DNA from: an uncultured virus (IMG/VR IMGVR_UViG_3300021399_004696)
Taxonomy: Duplodnaviria > Heunggongvirae > Uroviricota > Caudoviricetes
Virus record (IMG/VR): IMGVR_UViG_3300021399_004696
DNA length: 64,000 bases
Strand: one strand, 5' to 3'
The stretch's first letter is position 1. Each line of letters starts with the position of its first letter. The translations under genes were made by a program, and so were the position numbers. Shown here piece after piece: positions 8,770 through 18,896 of this stretch. The notes beneath the pieces were generated by a model. It did no database searches, was not told where the DNA came from, and saw only the letters and a list, made by a program, of their open reading frames with translations.

Positions 8770-10037
8770 ACTGGAGATTAAACAAAGGCGATTGGGCGGA
8801 AGCCTACGTGTTCTGTAAGCTTTTAGCTGACGGGCGTATATATGCGGGTGACAAGGATCTGCAAAAGATCGCTGATGTTTATATGGACATAATCAAAGTT
8901 ATAAGAAAAAATGCGGGCAAAGATGCGGAATACCTGCGTCAGGCCCGCTATGTCGTGGCCTCCGAAGACGGCGTTGATTTTGTAACAGTTGCTTTAGATG
9001 AGTTTGAAAACGCCACGCAAAATCTCAAAGTCCGTATCACCGAAGGTGGGCAGAGCAGAGCTTTTGATATCCCTGAAGCCCAGGATTTTCTTTCTAATAA
9101 ATTACATATTAATAATATAAAAGAGAAGTGCGTTGCTGACGCGTCTGATGATAAGACAGACATCTTGGTAGAAGTTTTGAACAGTACGGACGGCAGCAGG
9201 GAGAAGGTCGGATTTTCCATAAAATCCCATTTCGGAAGTCCTGCTACGTTGTTTAATTGTTCTCAGGCGTCTAAGCTGGTGTATAAGATAAACGGGTGCG
9301 ACGAACATACAATGTACTTGCTCAACAGCATGAAAAACTCAGCGGGAGGGGCCGATGTGGACGCCAGAGTGCAATACATAGCCCAAAGCCCTTCTTTATC
9401 TTTAGAATTTCTCGGAAGTAAGATCATAAAGAATCAGTTTTACGGTGATCAGAAAGAGACTGGCGAGTTCTTCAGATGGAATCTGGAGCATTATGACGGG
9501 CGTATGCTCGATGTTTTCAGTTCCATGCTTTTATCAAGTTATGGGTATTACGGCGAACGGTCCGGCTCGTCTATGAACGAAGTGGTTGAAGCCGTAGCAA
9601 GCAGAAATCCGCTTCAGGTGCATAACCCCCGTTCAGTATATGAAGCAAAGTTTAAGGACTTCCTTTATAATGCTTTTGCGGGATTGACCGCATCTAAGAA
9701 GTGGAACGGGGTCCGTAAGATAAACGGCGGTTATATAGATGTTAAAAAAGACGGAGAGATCCTTTATTACAGGGCTGTCTCAGATGACCAGTTTACATCA
9801 TATCTTTTTAACAGCGTCCGTTTAGAACGTCCTGAACACGGGTGCATCTGTAAATTGAAGATCGCAGAGGCCGAGCAAAAACTTTCAGGTATTCCTATTC
9901 CGGCGACAGTTTTAGAGGAAGCTTCCAGGAGTGCCAGAAAGAAAGGCGATTACGGGTATGTCTATAAAGATACCGAATGGTATGACGGGAATCCGTATTG
10001 TATAGACCTTAATTATTCCTTCCGTTTCAAAAAGTGA
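8766..10037 (+). CDS. HpaII-family type II restriction endonuclease
   Basis: N-terminal NKGDWAEAY..KLL.DG.IYAGD, KTDI...GFSIKS...TLFN motifs; 4-nt overlap with the MTase gene. Confidence 0.8.
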   Translation: MNWRLNKGDWAEAYVFCKLLADGRIYAGDKDLQKIADVYMDIIKVIRKNAGKDAEYLRQARYVVASEDGVDFVTVALDEFENATQNLKVRITEGGQSRAFDIPEAQDFLSNKLHINNIKEKCVADASDDKTDILVEVLNSTDGSREKVGFSIKSHFGSPATLFNCSQASKLVYKINGCDEHTMYLLNSMKNSAGGADVDARVQYIAQSPSLSLEFLGSKIIKNQFYGDQKETGEFFRWNLEHYDGRMLDVFSSMLLSSYGYYGERSGSSMNEVVEAVASRNPLQVHNPRSVYEAKFKDFLYNAFAGLTASKKWNGVRKINGGYIDVKKDGEILYYRAVSDDQFTSYLFNSVRLERPEHGCICKLKIAEAEQKLSGIPIPATVLEEASRSARKKGDYGYVYKDTEWYDGNPYCIDLNYSFRFKK

Positions 10038-10148
10038 ATTATTAGTGAATTATATTTAGTAAAAAGCTAAATATCAATAACGTTTTATTGTAATTTTTAT
10101 GCCCCGGTGCTATTATCCGGATAAGAAAAAGCAAAGGGGAAATTGCTT

Positions 10149-10541
10149 ATGAAACAGGAGCCGGAGGGTAGCTACATCGATAATGATAATATCGGTGAAG
10201 TGATAAGACAACTAAGGCAGGAGAGAGGCCTCAGCATACAGGAATTGGCTTCCTTGACAGAGTATTCATATAATTACATAAACGGTATCGAGACCGGGCG
10301 TTATCAGCGGATCTCACTAAAATGCCTCAAACGGATTGCTACGGCACTCGGCGTGGAATATGTTGAACTTTTATCTCCCGAACCGTCTGCAGCGGAAGCT
10401 CCCGAACAGCTAACGACATTAACCTTGACTCAAGTGTTAGCCTTGCTTACATCCTTAAATGATCTGGATCTTCAGATCGTTATCCAGAAAGTAAGAGAAC
10501 TTCAGACTCTCCGAAAAAGAGAACGAGAGAACGGGCAATAA
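10149..10541 (+). CDS. XRE-family HTH regulator
   Basis: IRQLRQERGLSIQELA...IETG...SLKCLKRIATALGV. Confidence 0.85.
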   Translation: MKQEPEGSYIDNDNIGEVIRQLRQERGLSIQELASLTEYSYNYINGIETGRYQRISLKCLKRIATALGVEYVELLSPEPSAAEAPEQLTTLTLTQVLALLTSLNDLDLQIVIQKVRELQTLRKRERENGQ

Positions 10542-10616
10542 CATAACTGATGTACCAAAAAAGCCTCAAAACCCGATAAAAAAGAACAAAGCTCTAAACA
10601 AATATTCGAAAAACCG

Positions 10617-10935
10617 TGGCGTAAAAATGGCGTAAAGTACAAACGTTCTGTTTTGTAAACGCTTTATTTGCAGGCGTTTCCAGCTCCGCTTTTTATTTTA
10701 TGAACATTATGAACAAAGAACAAATGTTCTATTCTTGATGATCTTCGGCGGGTCTTTATAATTTGTTATTGGCCGATGTATCTTGGTATTTCTTTATTTT
10801 GCAAGGATTTAGAGTTTTTAGAACAATTTTGCCAAAAGTCCGTAAATTACCATATTTTATTATACTTTCACGGGTAGATGGCGTAAAAATGGCGTAAAAG
10901 TTATCTACATTCTTATTAACATTATTTTGGCGTAA
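10617..10935. repeat. integrase arm-type direct repeats (attP-like region)
   Basis: TGGCGTAAAAATGGCGTAAA at 10617 and 10879, TGGCGTAA at 10928, in non-coding DNA beside the integrase 3' end. Confidence 0.65.
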
Positions 10936-11146
10936 TTTTTCGAGGTCACAGCAAAAAGCCATTTTTGAAAAAAGTGAAACAATTGTCCTTGCTGCGTTTA
11001 TGGCAGATCTTTGCTGAATATCTGTTCAGTATATTACGTTCTTAGCCGAATAATGTTCATAAATTTGTTTCTCACAAAATTTTCCGCAAAAATAAGGCCG
11101 GAGATCTCCGACCTTACGGGCAAAATTTTTCGTTTCTTCTGATGCG

Positions 11147-12358
11147 TTACGACAGCTTTCTTCTTTTCTTTGCGGGCAGGGGTTCCGCTCCGAACAGGTT
11201 CATTGCGTCAAAGAGGTCCTTGTCATCGACATGGACATACAGATCCATCGTAACCGCGAGGGAGGAGTGACCGAGGATCTTTTGGAGAACTTTCGGTTCA
11301 ACGCCTTTCTTGATCGCTCTGGTAGCAAAAGTGTGTCTCAGATCGTGCAAGCTCAACCTGTCTATCCCCGGGATATCTTTGATTATATTTTTCAGCACGC
11401 TGTTATATGAGGCACTGGTTGCGGGGGCTTTCCCATCATTTCTTACAAATAGCAGCGAGTCGCCCTTAAAAGTAACTTTACCTCTGTTATAGTCCAGATA
11501 TGTGAAAGTTTCTTGACTGAGAGGGCCGTCCTGCATATACCTTGATAAACGCTCATCAGAGATCTTTTTAGCTATCTCGTACGCCCTTTGAGTCATCGGT
11601 ACGACACGATTGCCGGCGGGCGTTTTAGGGCCGTTTACGACCCATTTCTTGCACGCCGTATCATAATACAGATTTTTATTGACACGGATCGTTCGGTTAT
11701 ACAGATCGACATCCGCGAAGGTCAGTCCGCGAAGCTCGCTTATACGAAGCCCCGTATCGAGCAGGAATATAAAATGTTCATAGTAGTTACTATATACAGC
11801 CAACTCTTCAAACATTTTCTGCTGGGATTCATTCATATATCTTACCTTAAGCGGATTAGTCCTCAGAGCTGTAGGGAGGTACAGGTTAGCAGCGGGGTCA
11901 CTCTGGATCACGCCGTTTGAACGCGCAGCTTCAAACATCATCCGCCCCGTAGTCAGGATACCTGACACGGTACCGGACGAGAGACGCTCTGCGCACTGTT
12001 TAAGGATCTGCTGCAAGTGGATCGGTTTTACATCTTCCATCTGCATATCTCCGATCGCGTCGTGATAATAATTCTTATAGCGGGAGCGGTGCTGATTTAT
12101 CGTTTGGGGGCGTCTTCCGTAAAGGTGGTATTCCACCCAACGGTCAAACCACTCATCGACGGTCATGGCAGTAAAGGAACCTTTTCGGAACTCCGATTCT
12201 TTCTGAGCATCATAGAGCCATCGGGCAGCTTCGGGAAGGGAACTGAAGTACTTACTGATCCTCTTACCGTACGGAACGACCAAGCGGGCGCAGTACCGGC
12301 CGTCTTTTCTTTGAGACAGCCCGGGGCCGAGTTCCTTTCCTTTAAGATTCTTTCCCAT
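11147..12358 (-). CDS. int: tyrosine recombinase / integrase
   Basis: TGLRISE, KT, HDLRHTFAT, LGHS and Y catalytic motifs; N-terminal arm-binding domain. Confidence 0.95.
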   Translation of the reverse strand: MGKNLKGKELGPGLSQRKDGRYCARLVVPYGKRISKYFSSLPEAARWLYDAQKESEFRKGSFTAMTVDEWFDRWVEYHLYGRRPQTINQHRSRYKNYYHDAIGDMQMEDVKPIHLQQILKQCAERLSSGTVSGILTTGRMMFEAARSNGVIQSDPAANLYLPTALRTNPLKVRYMNESQQKMFEELAVYSNYYEHFIFLLDTGLRISELRGLTFADVDLYNRTIRVNKNLYYDTACKKWVVNGPKTPAGNRVVPMTQRAYEIAKKISDERLSRYMQDGPLSQETFTYLDYNRGKVTFKGDSLLFVRNDGKAPATSASYNSVLKNIIKDIPGIDRLSLHDLRHTFATRAIKKGVEPKVLQKILGHSSLAVTMDLYVHVDDKDLFDAMNLFGAEPLPAKKRRKLS

Positions 12359-12457
12359 ATTTCAAAAAGACCTCCTTATTTTGCGTGCATTTAACAAGGC
12401 CTGCAGTTCTGCACGCTTTTGAAAAAGTTTTTGGTTTTAATAAAAATATTAAAAGGG

Positions 12458-12661
12458 TCAGATAACCAGGTGCTTACTTATAAAGGCTTCGAACTCTTTC
12501 CTCTTAACGAGCTTTTTCGTTCCGACGAACAGGACGAAGGGGCAGTTCGGGGCCCTCAGCATATCGTTCAGTTTGTTGATCCCTATATTACTGTACAGGG
12601 AAGCCTCTTTAATAGTCAGAGTCAGCTTCTGCGGGATCGGTATAATCTCGGTAGCCATCAA
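12458..12661 (-). CDS. xis: excisionase-like protein
   Basis: KLTLTIKEASLYSNIGINKL...VGTKKLVKRKEFE, directly upstream of int. Confidence 0.8.
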   Translation of the reverse strand: MMATEIIPIPQKLTLTIKEASLYSNIGINKLNDMLRAPNCPFVLFVGTKKLVKRKEFEAFISKHLVI

Positions 12662-12905
12662 GCGTATACCTCCTTAGCGTTTTCCACCAGGATATACCAT
12701 CTCCGAACAAAACACCCGGTATTTGAGACATGTATGATAATTCGGATGATATACCGAAACAGAATGGTTTGCAATCGAAATAATTTTAAGGTTTTTGAGC
12801 AAAATTTTAGCAAAAGCATAGTGAAAAAATAATGTAAAAACAGTGAAAATTCACTACTGTCTTTACGGTCTCTCAAAGCTTCTTCCTTTCCAACATCTTT
12901 CATCA

Positions 12906-12949
12906 GTAACACGTGATTCCGGGCGTTAGCGGTTCTTTATAACTAATAT
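12906..12949 (+). promoter_or_regulatory. GTAACAC box plus CCGGG-N20 promoter
   Basis: GTAACAC 12906, CCGGG 12919, TAATAT 12944. Confidence 0.75.
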
Positions 12950-13003
12950 TAAAAGAGATAAAAACGATCGTTGATCGGTACTTTTCGGAGGTAGTTAAAG
13001 ATT

Positions 13004-13774
13004 ATGGGACAGAGACTTGTTATTACACCCTATGCGGAAGAAGATTTTGCAACACCGATCTGTAAGATGTATTTTCACTGGTCGGCATACACGGCATCAG
13101 CGATCTATACGGCATCAGAAGTGCTCTCGTATTTTTACGGCGATACCAAAGGCAATCTGGTAACTTTTGCGAAGAGGCATACGGCATTCGACAGCAGGGA
13201 TTATAACCCCGATAACGGTGCGTGGGTCCCTCAGTATATAGATAAGACATTAAAGCCTCTTTTTGATAAAGACGGTAATATCGACTTTTCTCAGATCCCC
13301 GATTATACGCTCAGGCTCATAAGGATATGTGAATATCTGGGTGGCGGTATCCGCGGCGGTAAGCCTATTGAAGAAAGTGACGATCCCGAGATATGCGAGT
13401 GGGATTTTATCAATAAGAAGTATCCTAACGAGTTCTTTAAGCCCTATATGATGGACAGGAACGACGGACTTATCGCCGTATCCGAAGAGGGTATGGGCAG
13501 CTTCGATCAATGGAGCGAGGGCGATATGGATATAAGACTGACTGAAGATCCTTCAGAATGTCTGGTCTATAATTCCGTTTTCTTTAATGAAGGTACAGAA
13601 GAAGAGCAGGTAAGGGAGTTTAATGAGCTTGAGGATGACGAAAAGATCGAGGAATTCGACCTTGATCTTAACGAGCCTATTCCTTATAAGGATCTTGCTA
13701 AAGTTGCTGAGAAGCTTGAAGAAGCGCCCGGACTTTTTAAGTGTAACGGTTCGTACTATTCGCTTATCGCATAA
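13004..13774 (+). CDS. hypothetical acidic protein
   Basis: GGAGGT SD; MGQRL...YFHWSAYT N-terminus. Confidence 0.75.
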   Translation: MGQRLVITPYAEEDFATPICKMYFHWSAYTASAIYTASEVLSYFYGDTKGNLVTFAKRHTAFDSRDYNPDNGAWVPQYIDKTLKPLFDKDGNIDFSQIPDYTLRLIRICEYLGGGIRGGKPIEESDDPEICEWDFINKKYPNEFFKPYMMDRNDGLIAVSEEGMGSFDQWSEGDMDIRLTEDPSECLVYNSVFFNEGTEEEQVREFNELEDDEKIEEFDLDLNEPIPYKDLAKVAEKLEEAPGLFKCNGSYYSLIA

Positions 13775-13818
13775 AAGGTTTCAGGAATAAAAGAACAGGA
13801 CAGGAGTTTAACAAAAGC

Positions 13819-16572
13819 ATGATTTGTATCTTAACGGAGAAATTTTCGGCAGCCCAGAACTTTGCTAAAGCTTTCGGCGGCATGGAAGGTATTTATAAAG
13901 GCAGCAAGTATAAGATAGTCCATTCGGTCGGGCACCTTTTCAAGTATCCCGACCCGCAGGACATGCTCAAGAACAGAGCTTTGGCCAAGAGGTATGAGAC
14001 ATGGTCTCTTGAATACCTGCCTTGGGATGAGAATGACTTTACGTGGAAGCGCCAGCTTTGTGCCGATAAGAAGGATGTCTTTGATGAGATAGCCTCGGCA
14101 GTAGATGAATGTGACGAGGTCATAATCGCAACTGATGACGATCCTTCCGGTGAAGGTGACCTTATCGGCTGGGAGATCCTTGACGCGATCGGGGTCGACG
14201 ATAAGGAAGTTACGCGTATGCGTTTCGTTGACGAGTCTCCCGCGAGCATTTTAAAAGCATTTGACCGCAGAGACGGCGTTGTTTCCATGAGATCCAGTAA
14301 GCATTATCAGAAGGCTGAGTTCAGGACGCGTTGGGATTATATGTCGATGCAACTTACCAGAGGCGCTACGATCTGCGGTGGTGGTGTTATTCGTCTTCGC
14401 GAAGGCCGTCTCAAGACCTATATGGTCAGAAAGGTCGGCGATCAGTATAAGCTCATTGATGAGTATAAAGAGATCCCGTTCTATGAAAATCGTTTCCGTG
14501 ATGACCACGGCATCGTATATATCAACAAGGACGCCGAACGCTACGAGAAGCCCGAGCAGGTTCCGCAAAACCTTCACGCTTCGGAGGTCGTGCTTGATAA
14601 GACGGAGCGCAAACACTCGTCCCCGCCTAAGCTTTTGGACCTTTCAGCTCTGTCGGCTTTCTGCGAGGAGAAAGGGTTTAAGGCGTCTTTGGTTCTGGAC
14701 ACATATCAGAAGATGTATAATGACCAGATCGTATCGTATCCCCGTACAGAAGATAAGACTATCACGCATGAACAGTTTAACGAGCTCCTGCCTCTGGCTA
14801 ACAAGATAGCCGCCGTGGTCGGAGTCGATCCTGCTATATTGACTCACAGGGCGCCGAGGCCGACGCACGTTAAGAACACAGGTTCGCACGGAGCTAACAG
14901 ACCGGGGCCTGTTGTACCCGCATCTAAAGAAGAACTCAAGGGTAAGTACGAGCACGGTGCGGTCGCAGCTCTTATCTATGAGATCGTAGCAAGAAATTTC
15001 CTGGCCCTTCTTGCAGAGGATTATGAGTACGATAAGCAGACAGGACATATCAAGGATTTTCCCGAGTATATCGGTTCCTGTAATATCCCCGTCAAGCCCG
15101 GATTCAAAGCTATATTCAGTCTGAAGGATGATAAGGACAAAGATACCGAAAACAAAGAGGGGCTTGGTACTAAGGCGGAGCCGTTTGTACATGAAGGATT
15201 CCCTCCGAAGCCTCAGGTACCTACGTGGAAGTGGCTTCAGAAAGATCTGGAGAAGAATGATATCGGTACAGGTGCCACAAGGACAAGTACGTATGCCGAC
15301 GTGACTAATGACGAGTCTAAAAAGGGTAAGAAATTCCCGCTTCTTAAGTCCGAAAAGGGTAAGATAACCATGACCGACTACGGTAAGATGAGCTATGTCA
15401 TCTGCCAGAATACTCATATAAGCGAGCTTGATCTGACTAAGAAGGTTCAGAATCAGATGCAGGCCGTCTTTGAGGGCAACGGTGATGCCAAAGCGTTCAT
15501 TCATGACATTCAGACTCTTGTTAAAGAGGATATCGCGACTATGGCCGAGAACGGTAGGAGCGATGCTTTTAAGGCTGTATGTGTTGCAGGCCCTGAGTTT
15601 GTGGAAGGTAACTGGAACGGAGCGCCCGTTAAGTTCAGGAGAACTTATGACGGATACCGCTTTACCGATGAAGAGTGCGACATGCTTCTTCGTGGCGGTG
15701 AGATAACCATCAAGGTTGTAAAGTCCAAGCACGAGTCGTATATGTGCAAAGGAAAGCTCGAACGTCAGACATGGACTGACAAGAAGACAGGGGAGACCAA
15801 AGAGGGCGTAGGCTTTACCCGTTTAGCATATGTTGATGATCCTACCGTATATTGCCGTGGTGTCTGGAACGGCGAGAACGTACGGTTCCGTCGTGATATG
15901 AAGGGACATTACTTTACTGACGAAGAGTGTGAGCAGCTTCTTAACGGTGAGACTATTACTATTGAAGTCAAGAAGAGCAAGACGGATTCTTATACCTGTG
16001 AAGGCAAGCTTGCCCATCTTACATATGAGAAGGACGGCAAGACGATCGAGTATGTCGGTTTCTCTAAGACCAGCATCCCCATTGATACGGATAAGTATTG
16101 TGTAGGAATGTGGAACGGCGAAGAGATCAAGTTTAAGAGGGTCTGGAAAGACTATTCATTCAGTGAAGAGGAGTGCAGAAAACTCCTTGCCGGCGAAAAG
16201 ATAACTATTTCCGGACAGTATAAGGGTAAAGACTTCACGGCCACAGGCGAACTCCGTCGTCAGGTTTTTGAGAAGAAGGAAGGCAAGAAGGTAACGCAGA
16301 TACCGTTTATCGGGTTCTATGACCTTAACGGCCCTACTGACGATGATTATTATCACGGCACATGGAAGGGCAAGCCTATGAAGTTTAAGAAGAAGTGGTC
16401 CACATATGAATTCAGTCCCGAAGAGGCCGAGAAACTTTTTGCGGGCGAGAGCATTACGATCACTGCCATGAAGAAAGACGGTTCGGGAACTTATACTGCC
16501 GAAGGTTCGCTTCAGAATTATACATATAACGGCCGGAAGCAGTTCGGGTTCCAGCTCAATAAGCGTTCGTAA
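13819..16572 (+). CDS. topB: type IA DNA topoisomerase (TopB-like) with four C-terminal repeats
   Basis: TOPRIM (ILTEK, ATDDDPSGEG), active-site SYPRT, IGTGATR; repeats GxWxG..FxR...FxxEExxxLxxGExITI. Confidence 0.9.
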   Translation: MICILTEKFSAAQNFAKAFGGMEGIYKGSKYKIVHSVGHLFKYPDPQDMLKNRALAKRYETWSLEYLPWDENDFTWKRQLCADKKDVFDEIASAVDECDEVIIATDDDPSGEGDLIGWEILDAIGVDDKEVTRMRFVDESPASILKAFDRRDGVVSMRSSKHYQKAEFRTRWDYMSMQLTRGATICGGGVIRLREGRLKTYMVRKVGDQYKLIDEYKEIPFYENRFRDDHGIVYINKDAERYEKPEQVPQNLHASEVVLDKTERKHSSPPKLLDLSALSAFCEEKGFKASLVLDTYQKMYNDQIVSYPRTEDKTITHEQFNELLPLANKIAAVVGVDPAILTHRAPRPTHVKNTGSHGANRPGPVVPASKEELKGKYEHGAVAALIYEIVARNFLALLAEDYEYDKQTGHIKDFPEYIGSCNIPVKPGFKAIFSLKDDKDKDTENKEGLGTKAEPFVHEGFPPKPQVPTWKWLQKDLEKNDIGTGATRTSTYADVTNDESKKGKKFPLLKSEKGKITMTDYGKMSYVICQNTHISELDLTKKVQNQMQAVFEGNGDAKAFIHDIQTLVKEDIATMAENGRSDAFKAVCVAGPEFVEGNWNGAPVKFRRTYDGYRFTDEECDMLLRGGEITIKVVKSKHESYMCKGKLERQTWTDKKTGETKEGVGFTRLAYVDDPTVYCRGVWNGENVRFRRDMKGHYFTDEECEQLLNGETITIEVKKSKTDSYTCEGKLAHLTYEKDGKTIEYVGFSKTSIPIDTDKYCVGMWNGEEIKFKRVWKDYSFSEEECRKLLAGEKITISGQYKGKDFTATGELRRQVFEKKEGKKVTQIPFIGFYDLNGPTDDDYYHGTWKGKPMKFKKKWSTYEFSPEEAEKLFAGESITITAMKKDGSGTYTAEGSLQNYTYNGRKQFGFQLNKRS

Positions 16573-16589
16573 GGAGAGTTTTGGTAGTT

Positions 16590-16949
16590 ATGGAAGAAAT
16601 GTCTGATATCAGGATAGTCGTTAATGAAGAGTTTAAAACGTTTCGGCCCAATTCCGAGACGGAATATGGTGAGCCTCAGATCTGGATCTATATGTCTGAC
16701 GGCACTTCGGTCGAAGTCTGTTATGAGCAGTACGGGCTTGAGGCTTCTGACTTTTTCTTTTCTGTAAGAAGACACTGTTCTGACGAGGATTTTGACAGCG
16801 ATAAATATCGGGGCACGATGGGTATTATGGAGCACTATACATACAATACCCGTGACGATCTCGAACGCGGACTCGGTATATTTTTGCAGACCCTGAGCGG
16901 TAAAGGCGTTGCGATCAGTGAAGAACTCGGGAAAGAAGGGGGTTTATAA
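16590..16949 (+). CDS. acidic orphan, C-terminus EGGL
   Basis: AAGGAG SD. Confidence 0.7.
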   Translation: MEEMSDIRIVVNEEFKTFRPNSETEYGEPQIWIYMSDGTSVEVCYEQYGLEASDFFFSVRRHCSDEDFDSDKYRGTMGIMEHYTYNTRDDLERGLGIFLQTLSGKGVAISEELGKEGGL

Positions 16950-16957
16950 AAGGTATT

Positions 16958-17737
16958 ATGGCAACAAATTACAGCTATGACTGGAATAAGATCCCTATAG
17001 AGATAAGTAATTACTATCAGGGCAATCTGAATTTTTATGATATTGACGGTGAGCATAACCCCAAGGAGTATATGGATGTTATGATCAAACTTGACTCTGC
17101 ATATAAGTGGGGTGAAGGGTGGACGGAGCCCGGGCAGCGCGAGAAGTTTCGTAAAACAATGTATGACATTTTCCGCAATATGGGTTGGTTTATCAAGGAG
17201 AGCAATATTTCCGGCGGGTGCCCTACGGCGTATAAAATCGGGACCGGAGCAAATCTGTATCTTCATCCGATGGAACTTACGGGGCTTATACCTAAGACGG
17301 AGCTTGCTAACGTATTAAAGACGCTGAAAGAGAACGAGAGCAGTGTTTATAAGATCCGCAGCGTTATGTTGAGAAGGGAGTTTTTTGATCTTTCCGAAAA
17401 GGCTTATGTCAAGTATCTGGTAGAATCCGGTGACGAGATCAAGAAGGCCATCTGCGAGGCGTGGGAAGGCAATAAGAAGGCATCTTTTGCTGATATTATA
17501 AGAGACGCAGTACAGATGATCGCCATTCCCAGAGTAGGAGATCCCGATGACTGTTCAACGAGCGTAGCACCGTATGAGGGGCTTACATACGGTTATATTC
17601 AGGCTCAGGCACTTCTTATGATCAATCAGGGCGAGATAAAGCTTGCGAACGATAAGGATGCGGATTTTGCGTATCAGAACAGTTTTTTGGCCCGGATCGA
17701 GTCAGTCAACCCTGTATTTTTAGACAGGGGGCTGTAA
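16958..17737 (+). CDS. orphan, C-terminus DRGL
   Basis: 259-aa ORF in an operon. Confidence 0.75.
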   Translation: MATNYSYDWNKIPIEISNYYQGNLNFYDIDGEHNPKEYMDVMIKLDSAYKWGEGWTEPGQREKFRKTMYDIFRNMGWFIKESNISGGCPTAYKIGTGANLYLHPMELTGLIPKTELANVLKTLKENESSVYKIRSVMLRREFFDLSEKAYVKYLVESGDEIKKAICEAWEGNKKASFADIIRDAVQMIAIPRVGDPDDCSTSVAPYEGLTYGYIQAQALLMINQGEIKLANDKDADFAYQNSFLARIESVNPVFLDRGL

Positions 17738-17740
17738 GAG

Positions 17741-17974
17741 ATGGTAACTAAGACAAAGAGCGGAAGAGTTTTCTCTTCGGATGAGGATTGTGATATCACA
17801 ACAGTCGGAGGCTTGATAAAAGTCCTGCGTCAGTTCGGTTCGGACAAGAAGATCCAGTATCGCTGGGTAACCGACCCCGAGATCGTTAATGATATGTCCG
17901 AGGATGTCTTGAAGATCGTGTCTATAGAAGATGCGAGTAAATTGATGGAAAATTCCGGGGCAAACGAAAAATAG
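17741..17974 (+). CDS. hypothetical protein
   Basis: Coupled to the upstream gene. Confidence 0.55.
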   Translation: MVTKTKSGRVFSSDEDCDITTVGGLIKVLRQFGSDKKIQYRWVTDPEIVNDMSEDVLKIVSIEDASKLMENSGANEK

Positions 17975-18184
17975 ATGAATATAATAAAAGAGTAAATGAA
18001 TCTGAATCAAGTTCATTTGCGGTATATAACTTCCTTGATAGAGGCTCCCGGACCATGGTTTTTTGGTGTGTTTTCCATCGGTCTGGGGGTCTTGTCTTGT
18101 TTAGGCGACGGAGTAACACAAAACATAACGGCGCAGGTCTTATAGAGGCTAAGATAAAGAAAAACGAAGGAAGGTCTTATTTAT

Positions 18185-18868
18185 ATGGGAACAAGACATC
18201 TTATAGCAGTTCAGAAAGATAATGAATATAAGTTTGCTCAGTACGGGCATTGGGACGGGTATCCCGAAGGCGTCGGTTCCGATCTTTTGGGCGTTTTGCA
18301 AAAGATCACACCTGAAGAGCTTGCGGAAAAGATTAAAAGATGTAAGCCGTTTAATGCGCCCGAATATTTTGCCGATTACGGTATCCCCATGTCGGCCTTG
18401 GATGAAAACGGGGATATAGACCGCCGGAACCTTTCGGCAGAGGAAGCCGATAAATATACCGACATCTATAACAGGTATAAGCCCTCGGAAGTTGATGCTT
18501 ATGCGATAGATGCCATTACGTCGCTTGCGGAAGCAAAAGACAACGTTCTCGGAGATTTTTACTATCACGATTCTCTTAAGTTTGCCGGTGATTCGCTGTT
18601 TTGTGAGTGGGCTTATGTAATAGATCTGGATAAGAACACTCTGGAAGTATATAAGGGCTTTAATCAGGAGCCTTTGACAGAAGGAGACAGGTTCTATCCG
18701 TTGCAGCAGGAAATGTTCGAAGGTTCACTGCTGCAGAAGGAGCCTGAGACGAATATATATTATCCCGTTAAGCTCGCGGCCACTTTTGACCTTCAGGATC
18801 TTCCTGATCCTGATACTTTTGTTGACCGGATATATAACGGCGGGTTGTCCCAGACTTTGGATATTTAA
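18185..18868 (+). CDS. conserved phage/plasmid hypothetical, C-terminus TLDI
   Basis: MGTRHLIAV...QYGHWDGYP and FCEWAYVIDLD motifs. Confidence 0.8.
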   Translation: MGTRHLIAVQKDNEYKFAQYGHWDGYPEGVGSDLLGVLQKITPEELAEKIKRCKPFNAPEYFADYGIPMSALDENGDIDRRNLSAEEADKYTDIYNRYKPSEVDAYAIDAITSLAEAKDNVLGDFYYHDSLKFAGDSLFCEWAYVIDLDKNTLEVYKGFNQEPLTEGDRFYPLQQEMFEGSLLQKEPETNIYYPVKLAATFDLQDLPDPDTFVDRIYNGGLSQTLDI

Positions 18869-18896
18869 TAATTTAATAAGCAGGAGGGAAGGTATT

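Noticed and set aside
12419..12912. ORFs 12419..12832 (+) and 12658..12912 (-)
   Set aside because: They overlap xis or its AT-rich upstream region and have no SD or motifs.
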